DNA from: Candidatus Cloacimonadota bacterium | GTDB lineage: Bacteria; Cloacimonadota; Cloacimonadia; Cloacimonadales; Cloacimonadaceae | Assembly: GCA_035357855.1 (NCBI GenBank) | Contig: DAOPOH010000001.1 | Span: 79,949 to 143,948 of the forward strand | Reading direction: 5' to 3' | Length of the DNA: 64,000 nt | Part shown: one piece after another, positions 1 through 9,707 of the stretch | Position numbering within the stretch: position 1 is the first letter of the stretch | How the letters are laid out: every line of letters begins with the position of its first letter | Program-made: the position numbers and the translations under genes | The notes under the pieces: model-generated | Database searches by the model: none | What the model was told of the DNA's origin: nothing | Seen by the model: the letters and a program-made list of their open reading frames with translations, nothing else

Positions 1-2
1 TT

Positions 3-1193
3 AATAAAGTGGCTGTATATAACATCGACCACATGGCTCAGCTTGTTTTCAAAGGGAAAGATGCAGCCAGTCTTTTGCACAGAACTCTTGGTGCCAATAT
101 TTTGGACATGAAGATTGGTCAGTGTAAGTATACTTTGCTCTTGAATGAGAAGGGGGGGGTGCAGGATGATATGATTGTGATGAAGTTGGATGAAGACAAA
201 TTTATCGCAGTCATTAATGCCGGACATGATTTAACGGACACTCCCGAAGAGGGTATGCAGCATCAATTAATAGCGGATATTGATCGCATTATGATGCACA
301 AAAAAGAGAATGAAGATGTTACTGCTTATGACGCTTCGGATAAAGTGGTTAAAATAGACGTTCAAGGGCCTCTTTCTTTCAAATTAATTAAAAAGCTTTA
401 CGGCGAAGCTTGTCTGAAAAATCGCTATCAGCCTGAAAAAAATATGAATTTTTTTACCTTTAACACTTTTGAATTTGAGGGACAAAAGTATTTATTCAGT
501 CGCACCGGTTATACCAATCGTTGGGGCTGGGAGATATATATTCCGGTTGAAGTTGCCGGCGAACAGTTTAAGCGGATAGTGACAGAGGTATTAGATTTGG
601 GGGGATTGCTTGTAGGATTAGGCGGACGTGATGAAAACAGAATTTCTGCAGGTGCAGCCGGTCTTCCTCTAATGGGTCAGGAATATGATTCACAGCATAC
701 ACCTGTTAATGCACCTTTATTTGAAGCTGCAATAGATATGTCAAAATCTGATTTTATTGGTAAATCTGCTTTGGAAGCAGAAATAAAAGCCGGCTCCACC
801 AAACGTATGGTGTTGTTTATTACAGAAGGAATAGTTACCGGAAGAGGTATTTATAAAGACGGAAAGCGGCTCGGAACCGTTACTTCCAGTATAAATTCAC
901 CCAATGTTCCGGAAGAAAAAAGAGCCTTTTTAAATTCCGCCCGCAAAAGCGTTCTCGGACCGGACGGCATTGCTGCTATAGGTCTGGGCTGGCTTTACAA
1001 ATCACTTTTCGCTTTAGACGAAGAAGGAAAAGATATAACCGAAATAAACGGACAGCCGGTTCGCATTCCCGCTGAATTTTATCGGGAAGAAAATAAACAA
1101 CCAATCGGGACGCCGATAAAAGGTTACATTACTCCTGATGGCGTAAATCCGGCTACAGCTCATAAAGCGCTTAAGAATATCGAAAACCTTTAA
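3..1193 (+). CDS. aminomethyltransferase (GcvT / glycine-cleavage T-protein) family folate-binding protein, 5'-partial
   Basis: The reading frame is open to the window edge: codons at 3-8 are sense and the track start at 9 is GTG. NIDHMAQLVFKG...YTLLLNEKGGVQDDMIV...VINAG matches the conserved GcvT-family core. That core normally lies about 40-100 aa into the protein, so the true N-terminus is upstream of the window. Confidence 0.6.
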   Translation, partial: NKVAVYNIDHMAQLVFKGKDAASLLHRTLGANILDMKIGQCKYTLLLNEKGGVQDDMIVMKLDEDKFIAVINAGHDLTDTPEEGMQHQLIADIDRIMMHKKENEDVTAYDASDKVVKIDVQGPLSFKLIKKLYGEACLKNRYQPEKNMNFFTFNTFEFEGQKYLFSRTGYTNRWGWEIYIPVEVAGEQFKRIVTEVLDLGGLLVGLGGRDENRISAGAAGLPLMGQEYDSQHTPVNAPLFEAAIDMSKSDFIGKSALEAEIKAGSTKRMVLFITEGIVTGRGIYKDGKRLGTVTSSINSPNVPEEKRAFLNSARKSVLGPDGIAAIGLGWLYKSLFALDEEGKDITEINGQPVRIPAEFYREENKQPIGTPIKGYITPDGVNPATAHKALKNIENL

Positions 1194-1440
1194 TCCGTGA
1201 TTGTTCCTCATCAGAGAGAAAGGCGACAGTGTCTTTCCCAAAAATTAGAGATATACAATAATTTCAACTATAAATGCCCTATATAGGTTATCGCTTAAAA
1301 GGTATATTCGAACTTTGGAACTGAACTAAACAAATACCAACGGTAAATTAAGCTGGAGACATTCCAGACACAAAACGAAATCAATTTTGCCACATAATCT
1401 CGTGGAATTGTTTTTATTTATGGAAGCATAAAGACTTCGA

Positions 1441-1592
1441 TTTCTTGTAGATATACGGTGAGTTATGAAGAAGAAAATTCCTTGCTTATCATAATTATTC
1501 CATAGATATATACGCTGTAGTTGGAGGGAGTCTCTGGGAAAAAATCCCAGAGACTCCGCCGCATCACTACCGTAACTAATAAAGCAAGAAAT
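1441..1592. repeat. palindromic intergenic repeat, copy A (core hairpin 1527-1557)
   Basis: Perfect 12-bp stem GGAGTCTCTGGG / CCCAGAGACTCC with loop AAAAAAT. The flanking arms are partly complementary (TTCCTTGCTTAT ... ATAAAGCAAGAAA; TACG..GTAGT ... ACTACCGTA). The 73 nt at 1520-1592 align without gaps to 59209-59281 with 65 identities by my count. Confidence 0.65.
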
Positions 1593-1704
1593 GACCGGAA
1601 ATACGAGAACGAGAGTAAGGGATATAGATATAAGGAAAACAAAAAGATTGTTATAATATTTGATAAAATAGCAGTTTATAAAAAGATAAACAGTGAAATT
1701 AAAA

Positions 1705-1794
1705 TGGCGGAGAGTCAGGGATTCGAACCCTGGGTACCCGTAAGGGCACAACGGTTTTCGAGACCGTCCCGTTCAACCGCTCTGGCAACTCTCC
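1705..1794 (-). tRNA. tRNA-Ser (anticodon CGA)
   Basis: The reverse complement reads GGAGAGT..ACGGT-CTCGAAA-ACCGT..long variable arm..CAGGG-TTCGAAT-CCCTG-ACTCTCC-G-CCA. It forms a full cloverleaf with a long variable arm and an encoded CCA. Confidence 0.92.
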
Positions 1795-1885
1795 TTCATG
1801 GAAAAATATAATAAGCAGAAAGCTTGTCCGTAAAAGAATTATACTTTCAGCCACTTGGCATTTATAAAGAGATAGGGAAAGATAT

Positions 1886-2356
1886 TTATGAGAAGATATT
1901 CCTTTTATTGCGGAAAAAATCTTTCAGCAAATTTCCCGCTTCTTCTGCCATAACCCCGCCGCAAATTTCCGGACTGTGATTAAACTGTTTGTCCTTTAGC
2001 ACATTATAGATAGAACCGACACAGCCTGCTTTGGGATCGTAAGCGGCAAAAACAAGGCGTCCCAACCTGCTCCAAATCATCATTCCGGAACACATTACGC
2101 AGGGTTCCAAAGTTACATATAAAGTATAATCATTCAAATACTTCGCATTTTGGGCAAGAATCTTGTCAAGAATAAGTTTTTCCGCATGTGCTAATGGATT
2201 ATTCATTTGACGGGTTTTGTTGTGTTCGGAAAAAACAATTTCATCCTGCTTGACTAAAACTGCTCCGATGGGGATTTCATCTTCGGAAAAAGCAATGCGC
2301 GCTTCCTCCAGAGCTTTACTCATAAAAAAAATATCTCGCTTTGAAATATCAGTCAT
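1886..2356 (-). CDS. tadA: tRNA-specific adenosine(34) deaminase
   Basis: 156 aa with the CDA-fold zinc motifs HAE (LAHAEKL) and PCxxC (EPCVMCSGM). The size is typical of TadA. Confidence 0.85.
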   Translation of the reverse strand: MTDISKRDIFFMSKALEEARIAFSEDEIPIGAVLVKQDEIVFSEHNKTRQMNNPLAHAEKLILDKILAQNAKYLNDYTLYVTLEPCVMCSGMMIWSRLGRLVFAAYDPKAGCVGSIYNVLKDKQFNHSPEICGGVMAEEAGNLLKDFFRNKRNIFS

Positions 2357-3269
2357 CGGTGTCTTTTTTGTTGTGCAGTTTGATTTCTTTTTCCGTTTTC
2401 AGGTTAAATATTTTAGCTTTGAGTAAAAGCAATATGGGATTGTTTTTATCTACATAGACGAGAGCACGATTAAGGGTTTTTTCCGCAGCCTCCAAATCTT
2501 CCTTTTGCAGATAAAGGCGGAGCAATTCTTCGTGTAAAATACTGATGTAAGGATTAACTGTAATGGCTTTTTCCAGAATTTGAATTCCTTGGTCAATTTT
2601 ACCTATATGATAACATGCTTGTGCATAATACTGTAAATGGTCCGGTTTGATAAGGGGGGAAAGTTCGTCTGCGGTCTTAAAAGCCATGTATGATTTAAGC
2701 CAATTTTTTTTGAAATTCCAAACTATGCCTTTGAGAATTTGCTCATACTGATGAATTCCGAGATGCTTTTCCATTTCATCCAATTGCTTTATGGCGTCTT
2801 CATACTTATGCAGACGCAGCATTTCTTCCACCAAAAAGTAATAGACATTCAGATTATCATTCACTTGGCGTAAAAGCAATTTCAAATAATGAATGCTGAG
2901 TTCGTGTTCATTGTCGTAAGCATAAGCCAAAGCTTTGTTATAATACATTTCGGGAGTATCAAAAGAGACCTGATCGTAATAGTAAAGCGCCATTTTGTAA
3001 TCATTGAGGGAGAGGTAGCAATTTCCCATAATAAATTTCAAATACTCATCTTTGGGATCGAGAATCAGTGCTTTTTGATATGAACCGATGGCTTGCTCAA
3101 AGTTTCTTTGGCGCATATAGATATCGCCCATGGTCAGATAAAGTGAACGCTCACGCGGATAATCTTCTGTGGCTTTTTTTAAGATATGAATGGCATGCAG
3201 CCAATTTGAGCTGACTAAAGCCTCTGCCTGCAGCAAAATATTGTTAATTTCCAGGTCACGTTTAGACAT
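2349..3269 (-). CDS. tetratricopeptide-repeat protein
   Basis: Repeated 34-aa TPR-like units (e.g. AIGSYQKALILDPKD, YYNKALAYAYDN, AIKQLDEM) run along the whole 306 aa. Confidence 0.6.
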   Translation of the reverse strand: MSKRDLEINNILLQAEALVSSNWLHAIHILKKATEDYPRERSLYLTMGDIYMRQRNFEQAIGSYQKALILDPKDEYLKFIMGNCYLSLNDYKMALYYYDQVSFDTPEMYYNKALAYAYDNEHELSIHYLKLLLRQVNDNLNVYYFLVEEMLRLHKYEDAIKQLDEMEKHLGIHQYEQILKGIVWNFKKNWLKSYMAFKTADELSPLIKPDHLQYYAQACYHIGKIDQGIQILEKAITVNPYISILHEELLRLYLQKEDLEAAEKTLNRALVYVDKNNPILLLLKAKIFNLKTEKEIKLHNKKDTDD

Positions 3270-3271
3270 TT

Positions 3272-6200
3272 TTACTTAATTTGCTCCCTTAGAATTGAAA
3301 CTGCTTGTTTCAATTGAAGGTCATTGTCTGCAACTAAATCGTTCAAACTAAGTTCTACTCTGATATCAGGTTGAACGCCGTTTCCTTCCATATTTGTTCC
3401 GTCTAGACAATACCATCCGGAGCCGGGCATCCGCATAGTGGAACCGTCAATCAATTTTACTTGCCAGGTTCCGATAACAGAACCGCTTGTCGGCATCCCG
3501 ATTATAGTGCCGAGTTTTGCTTCTTTAAATAAATGAGGGAAGATTTCAGCATCTGAAAAGGAGTTTTCATCAATTAGGAGAACGACCGGTTTATTCCATG
3601 TTCTTCCCGGTGTAAGTTGACGGACTGCACCGAATTTGCGACTGGAGGTCAAAGCGTTCGGTTTTCTGGTAAGGAAATCCAAAAGGTCGTTATGAATGTG
3701 GCCGCCTTCATTACCGCGGATGTCTATTATCAAAGCTTTTTTATCAGCATTGCGGGAAAATACATCACTGATGAAATTATTATATTCTTCACCATTCATA
3801 CGCGGAATATAGACATAGCCTACATTGCCCTCTGAAAGGACTTCAGTCGTTAATCTCTTGCGTTCCACTTTGTCATTAAACCATATTTCCCGATTTTGAC
3901 TCCAGCTTAAACCTTTCACAGATGCAAAAATAGCTTTATTTCCTCTTTTAAATACTAAATCCAATTTTTTGTTCACTTTATTCGTAAATAGGGAATCAAG
4001 AGGTGTTTGGGGAGTGAGGATATATCCGTTAACGGAATATAAGATATCTCCTTCTCGAATTCCGTAAAAATCATAAAGCGCGGAAGCAGAGTAAACTTTT
4101 GAGATTAACATTCCCCGGGGAAGAAGGTTGCGTTGGTCAAATTCCAAACCCAGATAAGCGATTTCCTTATTGGGTAAAGGATTGTCCCTGCGGGGATAAT
4201 AACCCGTGTGAGAAGCATTCACTTTCCCGATCATTTCATTAATCAAAGTTTCCAAAACGGCAGAATTATCCGCATATTGCAAATACGGTTCGAACTGCTT
4301 GTAAATCGCATTCCAATCAGTGTTGTGCATAGTCGGGTCATAAAAATTACGCCCGAAAATTCCCCACACCTGTTTAAACACATTCATATTAAGGGTTTTC
4401 AGGTTATAGTTATAGTTAAAACTATTATTGATTTCAGCTTTTGTTTTGGATGTCAGGTTAAAGGCTTTTAATTTGCTGCCTTCTTTGAAATAAAATCCAT
4501 TTTTATCCGTAAACTGAAAATCCGTATCGGCAGGGAAGGACCCTATTTCGGAAGAATAACGACCGTAAATATTAACTTGAGCTAAACTAAGTTTAGCGTC
4601 TTTACCGCGGACACTTTTCACATAATAAAAAGAGGTATCGTCAATAGCTTTGACAGGATAAAGAAAATCAGTATCAGTCAAGATAGTAATAATACGTTTA
4701 TCAATTCTGTCCCAATTGACTTGTGCGAAAGTAAGCTTCTCTTGTTTGACTTCAGATATGGCGGAAGTTTTACTTGTCTGCTTTGTGGTTTTAGTGCTGT
4801 CCTGTGCCACCCTTGTCGAAGATGGAGCAAGAATTTCTTTCCAGTTGTCCTTCTCCAATTCTAAAGAATTACGCGGAATTAAATCCAGTCTGCAAATTGA
4901 GCGCCCGCTTTTGTTACTTCCGAAAAGGATCGATTTTTGGTCAGGTGCCCAGGTAAAAGAATCAAGCCAAGCATCTGTATTAGTGATATTTCTTCTTTCT
5001 CCCGTGGAAAGGTCAAGCAGATAAAGTTCCCTAACATAAATGTCATTTCTGAGAGTGGCAAAAATAGCTATCTTACCGTCCGGACTGCAGGCAAAATTTG
5101 TGCAAATTACTTTATCGGTCAAAACGGGAATTATATTATTGAAAACTGAATCGGCAATTGCAATTTTGCCCCCGCCTTCATTATTCGTATATTCAATAAC
5201 CCAATGCCAATCAGAGGAAGAATAAAAATTATCAACATTACAGGAATCTTTGCCATACCAAGGAATCTCTTCTATGGTAAAGAGGGAATCAACTTTGGTT
5301 TTGAATAAGGCAGATAAACCGTTTTTATAGCGGCTGAAAACGATAGTTCTGTTATCCGGCAAAAAGGCTATGTTTTCAATTCCGAATTGGTCAAAAGTGA
5401 TTTGTTTTACTTCTCCTCCTTTGCGAGGCATAACAAACAAATCGTATTTGTAACTAAAAGCGACCAGTGCTTCATCATCAGAAACAGCAAATTTATCAAA
5501 ATTATCCGCTAATGTTTCTTCTTTTATCAAGTCCGGCCAATCGTCTTCCGCAATTTGAACGGTAAGTTTGAATGCTTTTGTGCCTTCTTCTCTGTCGGGA
5601 TCGTAACACCAAATTGCATCAAACAATTCATAAACAATGCGGTCATTTTGACGGGCAAGAGATATGTCGCGAACAGACCATATTGAGAAATCTGTTAATT
5701 GTTCACAATGCTCAAAACTTTGATTAACGGTGCGAAAGATTTGGTAGCGTGAGCCGTCCGAAGCGCAAAAATAGATTTCATTTGTTACATCAGAAACGCG
5801 AGGATAGCGTTCAGTGTAATCTGTTGAGGTTAAACGGGTATAGGTTTGTTTAGAAATGTCATAAGACCAGAGGTCTCCGTTTGCACTTCCTCTGTAAGCA
5901 GGCCTGTATGCATCGCCGTAGCGGTTGAAAATAATACTGTTGTTGTCTTTTGTCAGGCAGGAAAAATAATCTCCTATTTCGGAAATGAGGACAGGTGCGC
6001 TTCCGTCCAAAGGAACTTTATATAATGAAGTTCCCCAATTTAAATTGTTTTTTGAGCAAAGCAGAAATTTGCCGTCTTTAAACCAATCGCAAACTGTCAT
6101 TCTGCTTTTGTAAACAGGACGCGCAGTTCCTCCGGAAGAAGGAATAACATACACATAAGACGAGCCTTCACGATTGGAGGTAAAAGCGATGCTTTTGCCG

Positions 6201-6421
6201 TCAGGAGACCAACAGGGACCAAATTCAGAAGCAGATGTGGAAGTCAATCTGGAAGCAGTTCCACCCGTAAAAGGCACCAGCCAAAGGTCACCGTGATAGG
6301 AAAAGCAAACTGTTGTGCCGTCAGGAGAAAGGGCCGGGTCTGTGATAAAGTGCGGTGCATAAGCATTCAAAAAAACGCTTATACCGATAAATAAAAGAGT
6401 TAAAGCAAATTTTCCCCGCAT
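3272..6421 (-). CDS. tricorn protease homologue (beta-propellers + PDZ + S41 peptidase), secreted
   Basis: About 1050 aa. TolB-like propeller repeats (SPDG..F...GDLW) are followed by a PDZ-like segment and a C-terminal S41 core (RGNEGG, ENSFSDAEIF). The likely start is M13 at 6421, which removes the overlap with the upstream gene and gives the signal peptide MRGKFALTLLFIGISVFLNAYA. Confidence 0.7.
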   Translation of the reverse strand: MRGKFALTLLFIGISVFLNAYAPHFITDPALSPDGTTVCFSYHGDLWLVPFTGGTASRLTSTSASEFGPCWSPDGKSIAFTSNREGSSYVYVIPSSGGTARPVYKSRMTVCDWFKDGKFLLCSKNNLNWGTSLYKVPLDGSAPVLISEIGDYFSCLTKDNNSIIFNRYGDAYRPAYRGSANGDLWSYDISKQTYTRLTSTDYTERYPRVSDVTNEIYFCASDGSRYQIFRTVNQSFEHCEQLTDFSIWSVRDISLARQNDRIVYELFDAIWCYDPDREEGTKAFKLTVQIAEDDWPDLIKEETLADNFDKFAVSDDEALVAFSYKYDLFVMPRKGGEVKQITFDQFGIENIAFLPDNRTIVFSRYKNGLSALFKTKVDSLFTIEEIPWYGKDSCNVDNFYSSSDWHWVIEYTNNEGGGKIAIADSVFNNIIPVLTDKVICTNFACSPDGKIAIFATLRNDIYVRELYLLDLSTGERRNITNTDAWLDSFTWAPDQKSILFGSNKSGRSICRLDLIPRNSLELEKDNWKEILAPSSTRVAQDSTKTTKQTSKTSAISEVKQEKLTFAQVNWDRIDKRIITILTDTDFLYPVKAIDDTSFYYVKSVRGKDAKLSLAQVNIYGRYSSEIGSFPADTDFQFTDKNGFYFKEGSKLKAFNLTSKTKAEINNSFNYNYNLKTLNMNVFKQVWGIFGRNFYDPTMHNTDWNAIYKQFEPYLQYADNSAVLETLINEMIGKVNASHTGYYPRRDNPLPNKEIAYLGLEFDQRNLLPRGMLISKVYSASALYDFYGIREGDILYSVNGYILTPQTPLDSLFTNKVNKKLDLVFKRGNKAIFASVKGLSWSQNREIWFNDKVERKRLTTEVLSEGNVGYVYIPRMNGEEYNNFISDVFSRNADKKALIIDIRGNEGGHIHNDLLDFLTRKPNALTSSRKFGAVRQLTPGRTWNKPVVLLIDENSFSDAEIFPHLFKEAKLGTIIGMPTSGSVIGTWQVKLIDGSTMRMPGSGWYCLDGTNMEGNGVQPDIRVELSLNDLVADNDLQLKQAVSILREQIK

Positions 6422-6431
6422 AATTTTGTTC

Positions 6432-7718
6432 TTATTCTTCCTTAATTTCTTTACCAATTTGGTCGGTTTTTACTAACTCAGTCTTATTCAACACTCTCAA
6501 ATAGACATTCTTGAAAAGTTGATTTCTGATTTTAATGATTCTTTTCGTTTCTGAAGATTTTTCAAGATAAGCTTCAATTGCAATTGCCAAAATATTTTCC
6601 GCTTCTTGTAACTTTTCTTTTAGAAAATCTATTTCGTCGGCGTTTTTGACCGGGTCGTTGAGCAATTGTGCAAAATCTGTTCTCAACCGGATTATTTTTT
6701 CTTTCAGCAAGGGACTGATTGTCACTTCCAAATCAGTAGGATTGTTATTTTCGTCACCGGCATTTGCTATGTCAATTATACCGGCAGTCAATATTTGACT
6801 TTTTTTGACGACGCTTGCATCAGGAATTCCCCATACACCTTTTTCCGTTATTACTCTGGAAGATGAAATTTCCTGCTCAAAAGAAATCTCACCTTCGGAA
6901 AGAACAAGCGAATTAAATATACTTTTTACTTTGATATTCCCTTTGCAGTATACTCCGGTATTGTCGCAATCTGAAATTATGCTTTCAACCGTCAAATTAC
7001 CTTCTGTCCGGATTTCGGAAGCTATAATATCGCCTTGGACGATTAAATCGCCTTCCGTAGAAATAGAGGAATTGCGGATTGAGCCTTCAACGAATAAGGA
7101 ATATGGTAAATTCAGCGGTTGCGTGACAGAATTGATATCTCCCTTGAAAATAATTTTATCGGTTACATTGATTTTACCGTTATCGTCCGCATAGGGGAGA
7201 CCGGAAATATCGGCTAAAATGCGCTTGTTATCTTCATCCAATCTAACATTTTCGCCTATAAGGTCACTCGGAAAAGAAGAATCTGCCAGGTCCGGCGTCA
7301 ATTCTCCGAAGATATTATAGACAGAACTGTCGTCAGTAAAGAGATTGTAAGAAATTTCCGCCAAAATATCGTCTTTTTTTACCGAAGGTAAAGAAGATAA
7401 ATCTTCTGCTTTAATGTCAAGAGAAGGATTATATGCTTTTTCCTTATTGAAAAAAAGCTTCACTCGGTCAAGATGGATAGATGATTTACAAAGTGCTACC
7501 GGAAAAGGGTTTTCAAAATCTTTTGGGCAGTTGTTAGCCGCCATCCATTCCAACGCTTCTTCAAAGCCGTAACAGATGCCTGCGTCCTTGATTAAATCAA
7601 GGATTTCTTTTTCGTCAATAAATTTGCCGGAATTATGAATATAGAGCCAAGCCGACATTTTATCGGGATTGATGCGAAGAGACACATTTCCTGATTGACT
7701 ATATATGATATTTTCCAT
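6432..7718 (-). CDS. DUF342 / FapA-like protein
   Basis: The central region has repetitive beta-helix-like G-[DE]-[IL]-x-[IV] units (EGSIRNSSISTEGDLIVQGDIIASEIRTEGNLTV). The C-terminal segment looks coiled-coil. This architecture is typical of DUF342. Confidence 0.5.
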   Translation of the reverse strand: MENIIYSQSGNVSLRINPDKMSAWLYIHNSGKFIDEKEILDLIKDAGICYGFEEALEWMAANNCPKDFENPFPVALCKSSIHLDRVKLFFNKEKAYNPSLDIKAEDLSSLPSVKKDDILAEISYNLFTDDSSVYNIFGELTPDLADSSFPSDLIGENVRLDEDNKRILADISGLPYADDNGKINVTDKIIFKGDINSVTQPLNLPYSLFVEGSIRNSSISTEGDLIVQGDIIASEIRTEGNLTVESIISDCDNTGVYCKGNIKVKSIFNSLVLSEGEISFEQEISSSRVITEKGVWGIPDASVVKKSQILTAGIIDIANAGDENNNPTDLEVTISPLLKEKIIRLRTDFAQLLNDPVKNADEIDFLKEKLQEAENILAIAIEAYLEKSSETKRIIKIRNQLFKNVYLRVLNKTELVKTDQIGKEIKEE

Positions 7719-8403
7719 CGCTTATGCCTATCAAATTGATTTGCCGGTTACGAGTTTTGTCTCTCCGATAGGAAAAATAATTGTCCTTCTCGTAAGTGCA
7801 GGCAGGTATGGAAGTGACATTTTGCGGTAAAATAGCCGCCTGATATAATTGCTGTAATATTATGCCCTTCAAATCCAAATATGGAAAATCTTCTTTCGTT
7901 AAAGCGGGATTGTAATGTCTGCAACTTTGATAAAATTCTTCCCAAACAGAAGAGCTTACCGTGTAATGTCGCTTGCAAATTCCCGCTCCAACCCAAACTT
8001 TGATCTCGGAAGGTGAACATTGAAATGTATCGCACATCGCTTGAACCGTTTTACCTGTCACATTTTTGCGTGTGCCTTCCCTGCCGCTGTGCACTGCGCC
8101 GATTGCTTGAGTTTTTGTATCATACAACAAGATTGGGTAGCAATCTGCTGTCCTAATCAGCAAAAATTGATTTGGCTGGTCGGAAATCAATGCGTCACAG
8201 TCTTCAATCTGAGGATGGGAACCGAAACCCGCACCACAATCATCTTCAGAACAAACATGGACATTGTCGGAATGTGTTTGCTCGGCAATTATGACGCGTT
8301 CAGCAGGAATTTTCATGTTCTGCACAAAGAAATCTTTGTGTTCATCCATTATTTTTCTGTATGGAAGGCTCCTGTCACCTAAAAATACGATTAAATCATT
8401 CAT
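7699..8403 (-). CDS. pgeF: peptidoglycan editing factor PgeF / YfiH (DUF152, laccase-domain) family
   Basis: QTHSDNVHV, CDALISD, TADCYPILLYD and GAVHSGREGT match the conserved His/Cys/His pattern of the YfiH family. Confidence 0.8.
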   Translation of the reverse strand: MNDLIVFLGDRSLPYRKIMDEHKDFFVQNMKIPAERVIIAEQTHSDNVHVCSEDDCGAGFGSHPQIEDCDALISDQPNQFLLIRTADCYPILLYDTKTQAIGAVHSGREGTRKNVTGKTVQAMCDTFQCSPSEIKVWVGAGICKRHYTVSSSVWEEFYQSCRHYNPALTKEDFPYLDLKGIILQQLYQAAILPQNVTSIPACTYEKDNYFSYRRDKTRNRQINLIGISDGKYHI

Positions 8404-9706
8404 TTTGTTTATCCAGAGCTACATTAAAATCAGGCGGAGGATAAATTGCTTGGACGGTCGGTTCGTGTTTCAGCATCATAGATTTGATTGCCGGATTGAC
8501 CTTTTTCTGGATACTGATACTGTAACCTGACCAAAGTAAGCAAACAATAGCACAAATTGTCAATGTAAGAGGAGCTCCGATGCTTTTGGACAAAGCGCCC
8601 ACCATAAGACTTCCGAAAGGTGCTACGGACATACTTGCCATGGAATGCAGGCTCATTACTCTTCCGCGCATTTCATCCGTGACTACGCTTTGCAGAATTG
8701 TGTTGGCAGTTGACATCTGAAACATCATGCCTATCCCGATAAGAATCATGAGAAAGAGGCTGAAGGGATAATAGCGTGACCAGGAAAACATCAGTAAAGA
8801 AACTCCGAAAAGGGAGAGCGCATACACCATTCTGTAATTGAGTCCGCGAATTGATTTACGCGATGCCAGATATAATGCACCCAGCAAAGCACCCACTCCG
8901 GACATGGATAAAAGGAAGCCCTGGGTTTGGGCGTTACCGTGTAAAATATCTTTAGCAAAAATGGGAATCAAAACCGCATATGACATTCCGAAAAAGGTGG
9001 TGATTGCGTTATTTGAGATTAAGAATTTAATGGGCAGATTATGAAACGCATATTTCCAGCCTTGCTTAATTTCCGTGAACACCGATTGCTCGCGTTGGGG
9101 CGGTTCTTTGTAAGGAATGACAATCATAAACAGCGAAATCAGCACTGGAATAAAGCTGAAACCGTTGATTAAGAAGCAAATTCCCTCGTTGGAAAGAGCG
9201 ATTATGATTCCCGCTACGGAAGGACCTATCAATCTTGCTCCGTTAAACGAAGCGGAGTTTAGAGCGATAGCATTCGTCAGCAGCGATTTCTTTTGAACCA
9301 ATTCTATTACGAGAGCGTGCCTGGCAGGGGAATCGGCAGCTTCTATAATGCCGGAAAACAGACTCAAGATTATCAAGTGCCAGATTTGGATTGTGTTTGT
9401 TACTACCAAAATACCAAGCGTCATAGCTTGCACTAATGCCAAGGACTGCGTCACTTTCAAGATGCTCAAACGGTTAAATTTATCAGCCCAAACACCGGCA
9501 AAAGGACTGATAAAAACTGAAGGTATTTGACTTAAGAAACCGATGAGTCCCAGAAGTAAAGGTGAACCGGTCAGCCGGTAGACATACCAGCTCATAGTGG
9601 TTCTTTGCATCCAAGTCCCGATAAGCGAGATGCCTTGCCCGATAAAGTAAATGCGATAATTCTTTACGCTCAGGGACTGAAACAGGTCTTGGATTTTTGT
9701 TTTCAT
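8396..9706 (-). CDS. MFS transporter (EntS/MFS_3-like)
   Basis: About 12 predicted hydrophobic helices, with the motif GVWADKFNR in loop 2-3. The likely start is M13 at 9706, which avoids overlap with the hslU stop. Confidence 0.7.
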   Translation of the reverse strand: MKTKIQDLFQSLSVKNYRIYFIGQGISLIGTWMQRTTMSWYVYRLTGSPLLLGLIGFLSQIPSVFISPFAGVWADKFNRLSILKVTQSLALVQAMTLGILVVTNTIQIWHLIILSLFSGIIEAADSPARHALVIELVQKKSLLTNAIALNSASFNGARLIGPSVAGIIIALSNEGICFLINGFSFIPVLISLFMIVIPYKEPPQREQSVFTEIKQGWKYAFHNLPIKFLISNNAITTFFGMSYAVLIPIFAKDILHGNAQTQGFLLSMSGVGALLGALYLASRKSIRGLNYRMVYALSLFGVSLLMFSWSRYYPFSLFLMILIGIGMMFQMSTANTILQSVVTDEMRGRVMSLHSMASMSVAPFGSLMVGALSKSIGAPLTLTICAIVCLLWSGYSISIQKKVNPAIKSMMLKHEPTVQAIYPPPDFNVALDKQNE

Positions 9707-9707
9707 A

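Noticed and set aside
1274-1283. A shared motif ATGCCCTATA at 1274-1283 and 11706-11715, both intergenic.
   Set aside because: Only a 10-nt exact match with weak flanking similarity. In a 64-kb window (about 4e9 position pairs on both strands against about 1e6 possible 10-mers), thousands of such matches are expected by chance.
1326-1811. Track ORFs 1326..1751 (-) of 141 aa and 1521..1811 (+) of 96 aa.
   Set aside because: Both run through the tRNA-Ser gene and the palindromic repeat. Their sequences are low-complexity with no recognisable motifs or ribosome-binding site, so they are almost certainly spurious.
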